A DNA stretch of 63,963 bases, the filler included. It is 3 parts of 3 records of this genome, joined end to end, with 100 filler letters (N's around TTAATTAATTAA, not from the genome) between each part and the next. Parts side by side here need not be neighbours in the genome. Positions count along the whole stretch, not along the records: positions 1 to 27,482 come from DRR723986_12888; 2 more parts are not named here. One strand, written 5' to 3'. The notes under the pieces were generated by a model that was not told the origin of the DNA, ran no database searches, and saw nothing but the letters and a program-made list of their open reading frames with translations. Shown here one piece after another: positions 9,951 through 20,389 of the stretch. Numbering within the stretch: the first letter of the stretch is position 1; each line of letters starts with the position of its first letter. The position numbers and the translations under genes were made by a program.

Positions 9951-11122
9951 TGAAGTTTGAGTTAGGCCATATCAACAAAGTAATTGCCTTGTCCATCAAT
10001 TTTGAAGGGACTAAAACTGTAATGCACTATTACGAACTGAAGAAAAAAAAGGGAGAAATAGTTTTTGGTAAATCAATACGTTTTGTGGAATCATTGAAAA
10101 GTTTCGCAAAGAAAATCGGGAAACATACTCCGGTAATCATTCATTTTTCAGGCAAAGGGATCATCAATAGAAAAGTAGCTAAAACTGAGAATTATAGACA
10201 CTCCTTATTGATGAATGCAGATTTGAATCAATTTTACTTCACGGATTTTTTTCAAGAAGATTTGATTTTCTCATCAGTGATTCGAAAAGATACTGTTGAA
10301 GAAATTACTAATGAATTAACTGAATTGAAAATAGATGTAATTGCAATCAGCTCTGGACCCTTCGTTATAGGACCTTTGGCCTCCTTCATTTCAAAAAAGA
10401 TTATAGATATTGATGAGATGCAACTTGCTTTTGAAGATGTTAAGATTAGTTCTTTTGAAAAGGTAGAATCTCCGCGAAATACGGTATTGGGTGAGGAATC
10501 TATCAGAAATGATCAGTTAGGAGCTGTATCTACGGCCACACACTTTTTTAATCCTAGTCAAACACTGCTATTGCCAGAAGATGAAGGGATAAACGTACAA
10601 AACTTAGCAGAAGCTAAACAAAAAAACATATTTGTCAGATTTGGAGCAGGTATGGCTTTCTTTTTTCTGTTCATTTTAGCCGGCAATTATTTCTATTTGA
10701 ATTACCTAAATAAAAAAATAGAATCTAATGCTTTAGACTTATTGGCACATGAGGATCAGTTGGCTGAGCTCAGTTTTCTAAGTGATGAAAAAGAGCGTAA
10801 AGAGAAGTTGTTGTCTTCTTCTGGTTTATTGAATAAGAAGTTTTTGTCTTATTATCTGATGGAAATTTCAAATACTGTTCCTAAAGATATTGTGTTGAGT
10901 TCAATGGTGATTAGCCCTTTGGTTAAAGAAATGAAGAAAAAACACAAGATTGAATTTCAAAATGAATTCATTTATGTGACAGGACAATCAAAGTCTTCAG
11001 ATATGCTTAGCCGCTGGATTGATGATTTAAAAGAAAATGAATGGCTGTCATCTGTAGATATTTTAGATTACTCCTATGCAAAGGGCGTTGGAAACTTTGA
11101 ACTTGAAATATTGGTTTTTTAA
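9950..11122 (+). CDS. Alignment-complex protein (GspL / PilM-PilN-like)
   Basis: Cytoplasmic N-domain, single TM, coiled coil, PilN-like C-terminal region; follows secretin. Confidence 0.6.
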   Translation: MKFELGHINKVIALSINFEGTKTVMHYYELKKKKGEIVFGKSIRFVESLKSFAKKIGKHTPVIIHFSGKGIINRKVAKTENYRHSLLMNADLNQFYFTDFFQEDLIFSSVIRKDTVEEITNELTELKIDVIAISSGPFVIGPLASFISKKIIDIDEMQLAFEDVKISSFEKVESPRNTVLGEESIRNDQLGAVSTATHFFNPSQTLLLPEDEGINVQNLAEAKQKNIFVRFGAGMAFFFLFILAGNYFYLNYLNKKIESNALDLLAHEDQLAELSFLSDEKERKEKLLSSSGLLNKKFLSYYLMEISNTVPKDIVLSSMVISPLVKEMKKKHKIEFQNEFIYVTGQSKSSDMLSRWIDDLKENEWLSSVDILDYSYAKGVGNFELEILVF

Positions 11123-11673
11123 TGGCGTCCAATTCAAAATATAGTTTTGATAGATTCTCCTATAAACAGAAGAATTACTTCTTACTGGTGATGTTTATTC
11201 TGTTGATTATGGTCAGTTATAAACGATCATTCGTCCTCAGTTTGAATGCGCTGGATGAAATTGAAACTCAAGAAAAGCAGAAGGAAGCCACTTTGCATGC
11301 TCAAACAGATATAGAAACTTTGACTATTCAAATAGCTCAACTCAATAAAAACATTGGTAAGTCTGATATCAATCCAGATAAGGTCAATCAAGAAATTTTA
11401 GCGGAAATTTCTGCGCAAAGCATGGTTTCAGATGTCCATTTAGAAAGACTTGAAGCAACACATGTTTTTCAAACGGTAGACTTTGATATTTACAGCAATT
11501 TAATTGTCGTGCAAGGCGCTTATAATGGAATATTAGAGTTAGCTTATCATATGGAGAATGATTTTGAATATGCACGTTTAACCAATATTGAAGTATTCAA
11601 AGAAAAGGACCACAGCAGTAAAAAAGAAAAATTATATGGAAAATTATTATTTCAACATTATCGCCAAAAGTAA
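11122..11673 (+). CDS. Alignment-complex protein (GspM/PilO-like)
   Basis: N-terminal TM, coiled coil, VQGAYNGILEL ferredoxin-like PilO motif. Confidence 0.6.
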   Translation: MASNSKYSFDRFSYKQKNYFLLVMFILLIMVSYKRSFVLSLNALDEIETQEKQKEATLHAQTDIETLTIQIAQLNKNIGKSDINPDKVNQEILAEISAQSMVSDVHLERLEATHVFQTVDFDIYSNLIVVQGAYNGILELAYHMENDFEYARLTNIEVFKEKDHSSKKEKLYGKLLFQHYRQK

Positions 11674-12631
11674 GCTTCTGCTTGTCGTTGGATTAATCAT
11701 TTTAACAAATTCTTGTAAAGATTTTGTAGAAGAGGATTTATCTAAAGAGATGGTTCAAATGATTATACCCACAGATAATGATACCATTCAAAGCAACTTA
11801 GTTCATTTTAAATGGAATGAGTTGGATGGAGCAGATAACTATCGAATTCAAATTGTTTCACCTTCATTTTCAAACATTGATACTTATGTTTTGGATTCTT
11901 TAATAGCTGGAACTAATTACTATTATTCTTTAAACCCTGGGAATTATGAGTTTATGATGAGAGCAGAAAACTCAGCTTATGAATCGATATTTGCAGGTCC
12001 CTTTGCATTTATAGTGGATAGTGTATCGGATCTTTCAAATCAAACTATTCCTTTGGTAAGTCCGGCAGACGGATTATACAGTAATGCTTTAGATTTAACC
12101 CTCACATGGCAGACCATTTTTGCTGCTGATTATTATGAAGTTCAAGTAAGATCTGGCAGTGTTTTTAATAGTTCTGCAACCATTTTGCAAACGGCGACCG
12201 GAATTTACGGCTCTTCTTATACTACAACGAACAATACGTTTTTGAGTGAAGGCCAATACTCATGGGGAGTTAGAGGTGTTAATTCTTCTTCCCAATCAGA
12301 TTTTTCATCAAGAGGAATCAATATTGATGCAACTAACCCAAATGATGTGAGTTTGACTAGCCCTGCAGATGGTTTCAATAATGTAGACGACACTGTTTTA
12401 TTTAAGTGGACTTCAGGAAGTGATCCAGGAATCATTAACTCGCCTTTGACCTATGAATTTGAGTTGGCTACAGATGCTGGATTTTCTAGTCCAATAATTT
12501 ATAATCCATTGGTTGATTCGCTTCAATTAGTTTTAAGCTCAGGTACCTATTATTGGAGAGTTTTCGCCAAGGATGAAGCGGGCAATCAAAGTGTCAATTA
12601 CAGTAACGAATATTCGGTTATAATACCTTAA
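11636..12631 (+). CDS. Lipoprotein with three FN3/Ig-like repeats
   Basis: Lipobox LTNS-C; three repeats of SPADG..F/L.W..Y..Q..G.Y.W.V; ATG at 11636. Confidence 0.75.
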   Translation: MENYYFNIIAKSKLLLVVGLIILTNSCKDFVEEDLSKEMVQMIIPTDNDTIQSNLVHFKWNELDGADNYRIQIVSPSFSNIDTYVLDSLIAGTNYYYSLNPGNYEFMMRAENSAYESIFAGPFAFIVDSVSDLSNQTIPLVSPADGLYSNALDLTLTWQTIFAADYYEVQVRSGSVFNSSATILQTATGIYGSSYTTTNNTFLSEGQYSWGVRGVNSSSQSDFSSRGINIDATNPNDVSLTSPADGFNNVDDTVLFKWTSGSDPGIINSPLTYEFELATDAGFSSPIIYNPLVDSLQLVLSSGTYYWRVFAKDEAGNQSVNYSNEYSVIIP

Positions 12632-13143
12632 TGTCTAAAAAACTAAAAACACGATTAGTTCTAGTGTTGGTACTCTTAATTTGGGGTGTCAACATCTACC
12701 GTACGATTCAAAATCGCGCGGCTGAAGAAATGATTGCTGAAACTGAAGCTACTTTTACAACACCAAGTTTTTCTCCAATGATGTTTAATAAAGACACTTT
12801 TGAGTTAGAATTAGCTGATGTAGATCCCTTTCTTAAAAAGCAGTCAAAATCGGCTAAACCAAGCTATGAATCGACTCAGAATTCATCTCATTCACAAGTC
12901 AACAAAATTCATAAGGAAAATAAGGTTGTGCAGCCTGTAGTCAATAAATCATGGCCACAAATAAAATATTTAGGATTCGTAAAGAACAGAGATCAAGATA
13001 AAACCTTGTGTCTGCTGCAAATCAATAACAGAACTTCTAAAGTCGGTAAAGGTGAGCAAAAATCAGGAGTTTATGTGTCTGACGTTTACAGAGATTCAGT
13101 TCATCTTGTTTATTCAGGTGAGGAGAGGACTTTTTTGAAATAA
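12631..13143 (+). CDS. GspC/PilP-like accessory protein, last gene of T2SS-like operon
   Basis: N-terminal TM, DPFL motif, flexible linker, C-terminal beta domain WPQIKYLGFV. Confidence 0.55.
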   Translation: MSKKLKTRLVLVLVLLIWGVNIYRTIQNRAAEEMIAETEATFTTPSFSPMMFNKDTFELELADVDPFLKKQSKSAKPSYESTQNSSHSQVNKIHKENKVVQPVVNKSWPQIKYLGFVKNRDQDKTLCLLQINNRTSKVGKGEQKSGVYVSDVYRDSVHLVYSGEERTFLK

Positions 13144-13362
13144 AGTGACTCGAATATCAGGACTTAAGTATTCACAAAAAATTATCTAAAACCATCAAGA
13201 AAATGTTCAAGAGATTGGGCTATTTGGTTCGAATTGAGTTGATTTAGCGTGGATTGCCTTTTCATGTGAGACCCATTGCTTCAAGCCATGTTAATACATT
13301 ACTGGCATGGAGTTGTGGGACTGAAGTATGTTTCATAGTTCAAGAAACAATCATTTATTCAG

Positions 13363-13390
13363 TTTGATAAATAAAAACAACCTTTGATAA
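13363..13390 (+). promoter_or_regulatory. Direct repeat pair TTTGATAA, 20-bp period (candidate LytTR box)
   Basis: GATAA at 13366 and 13386, upstream of ATG 13446. Confidence 0.55.
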
Positions 13391-13445
13391 TTCTCACGAT
13401 TGAGATTTGAATTTTTTTTACAATCTGTGGATATTATAGACAGAT

Positions 13446-14621
13446 ATGAACACATTAAATGAAAAATGTTTACTCACCTGTTTATTGATTGGGAGTTTAA
13501 TCTGTCCTGTCATTAGTCAAGGTCAATATTGTCTTTCAGGAGGGCCATTGTCTCCAGAATATGAAAATGTAGAGTTTGTATCTATTTTGGGAGAGAATAA
13601 TACATTCATATCTTATACTGGGTGTCCAGGTATTTCGGGATTAAATGATCTTACTCAAATTGAGTCAATCGATCTGGTTCAAGGGAGTACATACGAATTA
13701 ACAGTGGTATTTGGAACGTGTTCGATAATTGCGGCTTTATCAGCCGGTGAAGTTTGGATAGATTTTAACCAGGATGAGATCTTTGACGCTTCTGAATCAA
13801 TCGGCACTTGGGTAGGTACTCCTTCAAATCAAAATTCTGTTTTTTATTTTACTGTGCCCATATCTGCTCAAAATGGTCAATGCAGAATGAGAATAAATCA
13901 AGAAATTTATGGCCAACCTCCTCTTGATCCTTGCGCCACATATAGTTATGGTAGTTCTATGGATTTTGGCGTTTCGATTGGTCCAATTATTGACTGTTCA
14001 CTTTTCACTGGGAATGACAAATCAGACCCTAGGATAATTCATACAATTCCTTATGTAGAATCTCATAGTAATAGTGTCTGTTATGGGAACTCGTCATTGA
14101 TTTATCCATCTCCTGATGTTTTTTATAGAATTATCCCATCTGAATTCAATAATTCAGACTGGAGTGTCTCTTTATGTAATTCAAATTTTGATACGTATTT
14201 AAGGGTTATTGATAATAACATGAATGTTATTGCTGAGAATGATGACGACTTATTATGCTCACCATATTCTTTAGTTAATTTTTCTTCGCTAGGAATAGAT
14301 ACACTATTTATTATAGTTCAAGGGTGGTGGTATCACACAGGCAATTATGAAATTTCAATTAATGATGGATCCTTACTGGGATCTAAAGAATTAAATTCAG
14401 AAATCTCTCTGTTTCCGAATCCTTGCATTGAAATTTTAAATCTGCGGGGTATTGATGAATCAGCGGAATTAAATCTTTATTCAATTCTCGGGCAATCTGT
14501 ATTAACTAACATCAAAATGAACGAGAATTCGATTGATTTAAGTCAAATAGAAGAAGGGAGTTATATTCTACAAGTAAAGTTTGAAGGGAAATCTATAAAC
14601 ACAAAACTAATAATACAATGA
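13446..14621 (+). CDS. T9SS-secreted protein with GEVED domain
   Basis: Signal peptide; VWIDFNQD..F..SE...RMRI...YGSSMDF GEVED-like domain; C-terminal LFPNP..YILQV..KLII type A sorting domain. Confidence 0.85.
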   Translation: MNTLNEKCLLTCLLIGSLICPVISQGQYCLSGGPLSPEYENVEFVSILGENNTFISYTGCPGISGLNDLTQIESIDLVQGSTYELTVVFGTCSIIAALSAGEVWIDFNQDEIFDASESIGTWVGTPSNQNSVFYFTVPISAQNGQCRMRINQEIYGQPPLDPCATYSYGSSMDFGVSIGPIIDCSLFTGNDKSDPRIIHTIPYVESHSNSVCYGNSSLIYPSPDVFYRIIPSEFNNSDWSVSLCNSNFDTYLRVIDNNMNVIAENDDDLLCSPYSLVNFSSLGIDTLFIIVQGWWYHTGNYEISINDGSLLGSKELNSEISLFPNPCIEILNLRGIDESAELNLYSILGQSVLTNIKMNENSIDLSQIEEGSYILQVKFEGKSINTKLIIQ

Positions 14622-15760
14622 AAAAAATACTTTTCCCTCTTGTTTTGATGGTTTTACCTATAACCTTAAATGCTAATAATCAATGGCATCAAAAAGCATC
14701 ATTTCCGGGAGAGGGAAGGCATAGAGCGTCAAGTTGGTCAATTGGAAATAGAGGTTACATTGGATTGGGTCACTATAATACTTCAATTGTTGCTAATAAA
14801 TCTGATGTGTGGGAGTACAATCCTGCGGATGATTCCTGGATGCAAAAATCGGATTATGGTGGAGGGGCTACGTATGGAGCCACAGCTTTCGTAATTGGTG
14901 ATAAAGCTTATGTAGGTGCACATTTTTTAAATAACAATGAGTTTTACGAGTTCTGTCCAGTGAATAATACGTGGACTCAAATTACTTCATGTCCTGTAAG
15001 CCAAACGGATTTTCCTTCATTCGCATTAAACGGAAAAGGATATGTCCTTGGCAGCTCAACTATGTACTGTTATGATCCTAATGTAAATGATTGGTTTATT
15101 TGCACAGCTCCACCTGGTATTGTCCAATCCACGGATGCGACCCTTGTAATAAACGAGAAAGGATATCTTCGGAGCGGAAATAGTTTTTGGGAATACAAAC
15201 CAAATACGGATTCTTGGGCTCCAAGATCTTTGTTTCCAGGAGATTGGAGTATTCGAACTTCCCAATTTACAGTGAATAAAATGGGATATGTTGTTTGTGG
15301 ATATAACTTAGTTAACGCTCAAACAACTAAAGAAGTATGGGTTTACGATTCTGAATGGGATACTTGGACTCAACTAGATGACTTTCCTGGAGCCGCCAGA
15401 AGATATTCTGTAGCTTTTAGCATTGGTAATAAGGGTTATTTAGGAACAGGTACAAACGGAATCAACTTAAATGATTTTTGGGAATATGACCCTACCTTGA
15501 ATTTAGATTCAGAAGAGTACAGTTTTGATATCTACCCTAACCCTGTTAAAGATATTTTAATGATCAAAACAAATGGTCTTTTCGAGCACAAAATAATTGA
15601 ATTTGAACTCTATAATTGTATGGGTCAAAAAGTAATGTCAAAAAGAATTGATCATGAAAACAATGCCATTGATATTGGCTCTTTGCCTTCAGGCGATTAT
15701 TTCATATATATGTCCTGTGATGAGCAATTAATTAAAACGGAAAAAATTCTGATTAGATAA
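14618..15760 (+). CDS. Kelch-repeat beta-propeller protein with T9SS C-terminal domain
   Basis: Repeats F.IG.KGY.G.G..D.WEY.P..D.W; IYPNPV..LPSGDYF..KILI CTD. Confidence 0.88.
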   Translation: MKKILFPLVLMVLPITLNANNQWHQKASFPGEGRHRASSWSIGNRGYIGLGHYNTSIVANKSDVWEYNPADDSWMQKSDYGGGATYGATAFVIGDKAYVGAHFLNNNEFYEFCPVNNTWTQITSCPVSQTDFPSFALNGKGYVLGSSTMYCYDPNVNDWFICTAPPGIVQSTDATLVINEKGYLRSGNSFWEYKPNTDSWAPRSLFPGDWSIRTSQFTVNKMGYVVCGYNLVNAQTTKEVWVYDSEWDTWTQLDDFPGAARRYSVAFSIGNKGYLGTGTNGINLNDFWEYDPTLNLDSEEYSFDIYPNPVKDILMIKTNGLFEHKIIEFELYNCMGQKVMSKRIDHENNAIDIGSLPSGDYFIYMSCDEQLIKTEKILIR

Positions 15761-15790
15761 TTCTCGGAAAATTTTCCATTCATTTATTTA

Positions 15791-15840
15791 CTGTTTGATT
15801 TAATCTACTCTGTTTGATAAGCTATATTATCACAGGATAA
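15791..15840 (+). promoter_or_regulatory. Direct repeats CTGTTTGAT x2 and GATAA pair, 20-bp period (candidate LytTR box)
   Basis: CTGTTTGAT at 15791 and 15810; GATAA at 15816 and 15836. Confidence 0.55.
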
Positions 15841-15911
15841 TTGAATGATGTTTTCGTTTCACATATTAGAAACTAAAAATTATCATTGCCTAAACGTCAA
15901 AACTTTACAAA

Positions 15912-16574
15912 ATGAATCGTTTTCTCATCATTCTCTTTTCCAGTTTCATCATTTTTTCTTGTAAGAAAAAAACAGAAGATGAACCGCAAGAACCCGTTCC
16001 TTCGGCTTCTTTCTCAATGAGCACCAACCAGGCTAAAACAGGGGTAAGCGTAAACTTCACCAATACATCTCAAAATGGATTTTCTTATCTCTGGGATTTT
16101 GGTGATGGACAAACTTCTACTTCTGAACATGTTAGCCATTCTTGGGATTTGGCAGGTACCTATGATGTTAAACTTACCGCTTATTCTGAAAGTTCCGAAA
16201 AGCAAAGTGAGCACAGCGATCAGATCTATGTTACTAATCTAAACGAAGGTTATGAAGGATACTATAATTGGATTTCAGGCCAATGTGGTTTTACCAATCT
16301 ATTTCAAATGACTTCTCAGGGAACTTCAGAATTGGTTATGCATGATTATATTGAAAACCAGCATGATATCCAGTTAGTTTGTCACAACACAGGTTTTGAT
16401 ATTCCTTACCAAACCTTCACACATACCCAAAATCCTAACGCATATCATTCAATACAAGGATCAGGCTACTTGTCTAATGACACGCTTTACTTAGATTACT
16501 TCTATAATTGGGTGAACACAACTGAACCTTGGTTGAACACTTCAAATTCCTGTTTAGAAAAATATAAAAGATAA
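15912..16574 (+). CDS. PKD-domain lipoprotein
   Basis: Lipobox IFS-C-KKK; YLWDFGDG and GTYDVKLTA PKD motifs. Confidence 0.88.
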   Translation: MNRFLIILFSSFIIFSCKKKTEDEPQEPVPSASFSMSTNQAKTGVSVNFTNTSQNGFSYLWDFGDGQTSTSEHVSHSWDLAGTYDVKLTAYSESSEKQSEHSDQIYVTNLNEGYEGYYNWISGQCGFTNLFQMTSQGTSELVMHDYIENQHDIQLVCHNTGFDIPYQTFTHTQNPNAYHSIQGSGYLSNDTLYLDYFYNWVNTTEPWLNTSNSCLEKYKR

Positions 16575-16616
16575 AAGCCTTTTGGAGAAAAGTGGGTATT
16601 TCATCCAATAGACTTG

Positions 16617-16642
16617 GGGAGCTAATTTATTAGCTCCCTTTT
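16617..16642 (+). terminator. Rho-independent terminator
   Basis: GGGAGCTAAT-TT-ATTAGCTCCC followed by TTTT, between convergent genes. Confidence 0.75.
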
Positions 16643-16702
16643 GTTTACTAATCTTCTATGTTTTGATGACCCTCAAGGCTAATATAACTTGCAAATTTGG
16701 CC

Positions 16703-17455
16703 TTAACTCTCCAACCATTTGATGAACTCGTTTTTTCTTAAACGAGACAGTTCCAATTTTTCTCCTGTTTTCATAATGACTCTAAGACTAGGCGTATTTT
16801 TTATTTTATCCACGAACGTTCTGCTGACGATATGTGATTTATGAATTCTGAAAAAATGCTTTCCATATAGAATATCCTCATACTCTTTTAACGTTTTGGC
16901 ACTTAGATATGTTTTGTTTTTTGTATAAATTTTGGTGTAATTTCTGTCGCCTTGAAGTCTGATAATATTTTCAAAATTAAGAATGTGTTTACCGTTTTCT
17001 GAATTGATTACTAATTTTTTCTCCTTAATTTCGTCTTCATTGGCATTGAGCATTAAGCTTTTTAGTAATTCGTGTTGCTCGAACAAATTCCGTTCAGTTT
17101 TTTTAGATTGAATGAATTTTTCAATTATTTCGCCTACTTCCTTTTGACCAATAGGTTTTAAAATATAATCAAAAGCTGAAAGCTTAATTGCTCTAATGGC
17201 ATAGGAATCAAACGCAGTCGTAAAAACAACATAAGTCTGACTCAAGTCAACCGTATCGTACAATTCAAAACCGAGCTTTTCAGGCATTTGTATATCGAGA
17301 AATATTAAATCAGGTTCATAACTAGGTATTAGATCTGCAGCCTGATCAACTGATTCAACAGTTTTTACGGTCAACTCAGAATTTAACCTGTTCACAATAG
17401 AAAACAAAACCTCTCTTGCATTTATCTCGTCATCAATGATTAGTACTCTATACAT
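16703..17455 (-). CDS. LytTR-family response regulator
   Basis: Receiver IIDDE..FLDIQMP..TTAF..DYILKP; LytTR domain FFRIHKSHIV, LSR. Confidence 0.95.
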   Translation of the reverse strand: MYRVLIIDDEINAREVLFSIVNRLNSELTVKTVESVDQAADLIPSYEPDLIFLDIQMPEKLGFELYDTVDLSQTYVVFTTAFDSYAIRAIKLSAFDYILKPIGQKEVGEIIEKFIQSKKTERNLFEQHELLKSLMLNANEDEIKEKKLVINSENGKHILNFENIIRLQGDRNYTKIYTKNKTYLSAKTLKEYEDILYGKHFFRIHKSHIVSRTFVDKIKNTPSLRVIMKTGEKLELSRLRKNEFIKWLES

Positions 17456-20240
17456 CTCTTAAAAATTTGATAGTTGCTTTCGTACCATTAGGTAAATTAT
17501 CAACAATGGTTAGGCTCAGATCTATTGAAAATTCCTTGTTCAATATTTCTATCCGCTTTCTATTTAATTCAGTACTTGCCGAAATGTGAGAAGAGTTTAG
17601 ATTATTTGAGTTTTTGGATTTTGTGAATCCAACTCCGTTGTCTGTGACTTGGATGAAAATATATTGATCTCTTAATATAAATTCCAATGAAATCTCTCCT
17701 TCATTAACGTTTTTAATTCCATGCCATAGTGCGTTTTCTATCAATGGCTGGATCATCATTGCTGGCACTAAATCATTTTCTTGATCAAGTTCTTTATCAA
17801 TTTTAATATCGTATGAGAAAGAATAGTCAGCTCTTAATTTTTCTAGATTCAAATAGTCAAGTAAAAAATCAACTTCCTCTTTAATGGTTGTAAAATGGTT
17901 CTGATTTGTGTCTAAATTTGATCTCATCAAATCAGAGAATTTTTTCAAATATTTTTGCGCATTGTCGTTATCTTTTCTTTGGATTAGATTTTGAATGGAG
18001 TTCAGGGCATTGAATATAAAATGAGGATTCATTTTGGCGCGATAGGCGTCTTGTTTAGCATATAATAATTCATTTTGAAATTTTATTTTTCGCATAAATT
18101 TTTTCCTTCTTTTAAAACTTATAATAAATCCTAGGCCAAGAATCACAAAAATACAGAGAACAATAAAGTAGATTGATTTATACCAGACCTCTGACTTTAT
18201 CACCAACAATTTGTATGCTTCACTTTTTTCTCCTCGTGCCGAAACAGCCCTTAAATACAATTCGTTTGTTCCAATTTCAAAATTTTGCAACTCCAAGCTT
18301 CTGGAACTCGTAGACTTCCAATCCCCATGGCCAACTCTGTATTGATAATTATACGGTCGATCTTTGTAACCAATGGCTGAAAAACTTAATTCTAATGCTT
18401 CTTCTGAGTTTAGCTCAATTTGATCGGTAGTCTCATTTATCCAGGTATTGTCCACCAAGATTTCTTTTATAATTAAGCGAGGTTTGTGATGGACGTTTGC
18501 TTTACCTTTATATTCGTATAGACCTTCAGAAGATGTTAAGAAATAAGTATCCCCTAATTTCTTAATGTCAATATAATTATAATTATCTATTTGAGATTTA
18601 AAAGTAATTTTACCCAGATGACCACAGCTGAAAACATAAATCTTTTCTTCTGTCCAAATAGTAATTTCATTATTATTTGCTAAAACAATTTTTTCGATTT
18701 CTTTTCCGAAATACTTTATTTTTCTTTCTCCATTTTGGTCTATCAAGCTAATTCCTTCTTGTTTCGAAGAGATTATCAATTTGTCTTGAAAAGTCAAAAG
18801 TCCAGTAATTTTACTCTCAAAATTATATTTGGGCAGAATTTCATTTTCCTTTATGATAAAAAGTCCATTTGGCGCTCCGAGATAAAGATCCCCATTAAAA
18901 TGAAGTGATTTCGAGTATCGTTGACTTAGTTTTTTGTTGGGCGTACTATATAAATTTGCTTTTGACAAAACTTGTAAGCCGTTGGCGCCAGCTGAATATA
19001 AACTGTCTTCATATAAATGGATATGTTTACTTCCTCTTATGCTCTTGATTTGAGAAATTTTGTTGTGATAAAGCAATCCGCAATAGGAAGCAGTTGATAA
19101 TAAAAAGCTATCTGGGTTCATCTGATAGATATCAGCAACAAAATCGTCCTTAGCCAAGGGAATCAGTTCTCTGTGATGACCATCAAGTGAACAGATAATT
19201 AGAGAACCCTTTGCACCAACTAAAATAGAATCTTGATATTGAATCATTTTTGTACAAGGTGCGTCAAGTATTTTTGAGACGGATTTATTCGGCCGATAAA
19301 AAACACCATCACCTAATGTGGAAATCCAAGTTCCTCCCTCATAGTCGAAAATGATTGAAGAGGGTTTGCGATTAAAAACTTCAGATTTCTTCAAATGAAA
19401 GTTGTTCAATTCTAACTCCCATACTTCAGAATCTGCACCTATAAGAATAATGGAGTCGTTCTTTTTCTTGAAAAATTGAATATAATTAAACTCAGTTTCT
19501 ATTTTTTGAATGAACCTGTCACCAATATTGATAGAATTATTAAAAACAAGCAAGCTGCTCGCTTGATCAGTAAACTTACCTTTAGAGGCTATAATATGCC
19601 TGTCATTAACGCTTATATTTCTATTTAAAAAATAAAAGCCTGTATCTTTCTTTTTTGAATTAAGGTCGTTACAATCAGGGTAATAATCAATCTCACCCTT
19701 TCCTGTGCTGAATTTCACATATAGTTTCGGTGATGATTCATTAGGAATTAATTCACAGTATTGATTTGGAAACAAATGTTTAGTATCACCATCAGGCTCC
19801 AACTCAAAGATACCATCTTTATGAGTTTGAAAAATTATAGAACCATCTTTTAGTTCTACTGCACGGTGAAAATAGCTTGTGGATTTTAAATTCGATAATT
19901 TAGAATCAGTGGTTGAATTATAAATTTCACCTTTTAAATAATAGCTCAACTTTCCGTTATAACTTAAAAACCAGATTCTTCTTTTCGAATCTTCAAAAAC
20001 TGATAATATTTCTGTGTCAGCAACTCCCTCATTTACAGAGTAATTTGTGAATTCACTCCCGTCATACATAGAGACTCCGTTGTCTGTAGCGAACCATAAT
20101 CTACCTAGATAATCTGAATGGATAGAATAGACGATATCTGAGGCAAGGCCATCAGTTGAATTATAATTTATGCTGTTCTTTTGAGAATAAGAGACATTTA
20201 TTTCTCCAATCAAAATCAACAAAAATAGCCAACATTTCAT
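17448..20240 (-). CDS. LytS-family sensor histidine kinase with periplasmic beta-propeller/Y_Y_Y region
   Basis: MNPHFIFNALNSIQ H-box, QPLIENALWHG, DNGVG; N-terminal two-component propeller repeats; TM before kinase. Confidence 0.95.
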   Translation of the reverse strand: MKCWLFLLILIGEINVSYSQKNSINYNSTDGLASDIVYSIHSDYLGRLWFATDNGVSMYDGSEFTNYSVNEGVADTEILSVFEDSKRRIWFLSYNGKLSYYLKGEIYNSTTDSKLSNLKSTSYFHRAVELKDGSIIFQTHKDGIFELEPDGDTKHLFPNQYCELIPNESSPKLYVKFSTGKGEIDYYPDCNDLNSKKKDTGFYFLNRNISVNDRHIIASKGKFTDQASSLLVFNNSINIGDRFIQKIETEFNYIQFFKKKNDSIILIGADSEVWELELNNFHLKKSEVFNRKPSSIIFDYEGGTWISTLGDGVFYRPNKSVSKILDAPCTKMIQYQDSILVGAKGSLIICSLDGHHRELIPLAKDDFVADIYQMNPDSFLLSTASYCGLLYHNKISQIKSIRGSKHIHLYEDSLYSAGANGLQVLSKANLYSTPNKKLSQRYSKSLHFNGDLYLGAPNGLFIIKENEILPKYNFESKITGLLTFQDKLIISSKQEGISLIDQNGERKIKYFGKEIEKIVLANNNEITIWTEEKIYVFSCGHLGKITFKSQIDNYNYIDIKKLGDTYFLTSSEGLYEYKGKANVHHKPRLIIKEILVDNTWINETTDQIELNSEEALELSFSAIGYKDRPYNYQYRVGHGDWKSTSSRSLELQNFEIGTNELYLRAVSARGEKSEAYKLLVIKSEVWYKSIYFIVLCIFVILGLGFIISFKRRKKFMRKIKFQNELLYAKQDAYRAKMNPHFIFNALNSIQNLIQRKDNDNAQKYLKKFSDLMRSNLDTNQNHFTTIKEEVDFLLDYLNLEKLRADYSFSYDIKIDKELDQENDLVPAMMIQPLIENALWHGIKNVNEGEISLEFILRDQYIFIQVTDNGVGFTKSKNSNNLNSSHISASTELNRKRIEILNKEFSIDLSLTIVDNLPNGTKATIKFLRDV

Positions 20241-20273
20241 TAGGTCTAAAGTTAATAAAAAAGCGACCTCAAA

Positions 20274-20367
20274 GATTAATTAAAGAGACGTTCGATAAGA
20301 ATTTCAACATCAAGATAAGTTTAAAATAGTCTCCAATAAAAACCAGAACAAGATTAACCTATGTTTG
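20274..20367 (+). promoter_or_regulatory. GAT(T/A)A triple repeat at 20-bp period plus Bacteroidota -7 box
   Basis: GATTA 20274, GATAA 20294, GATAA 20314; TATGTTTG (TAnnTTTG) at 20360-20367. Confidence 0.55.
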
Positions 20368-20389
20368 AGAAAATATCTTCTAATTGGTT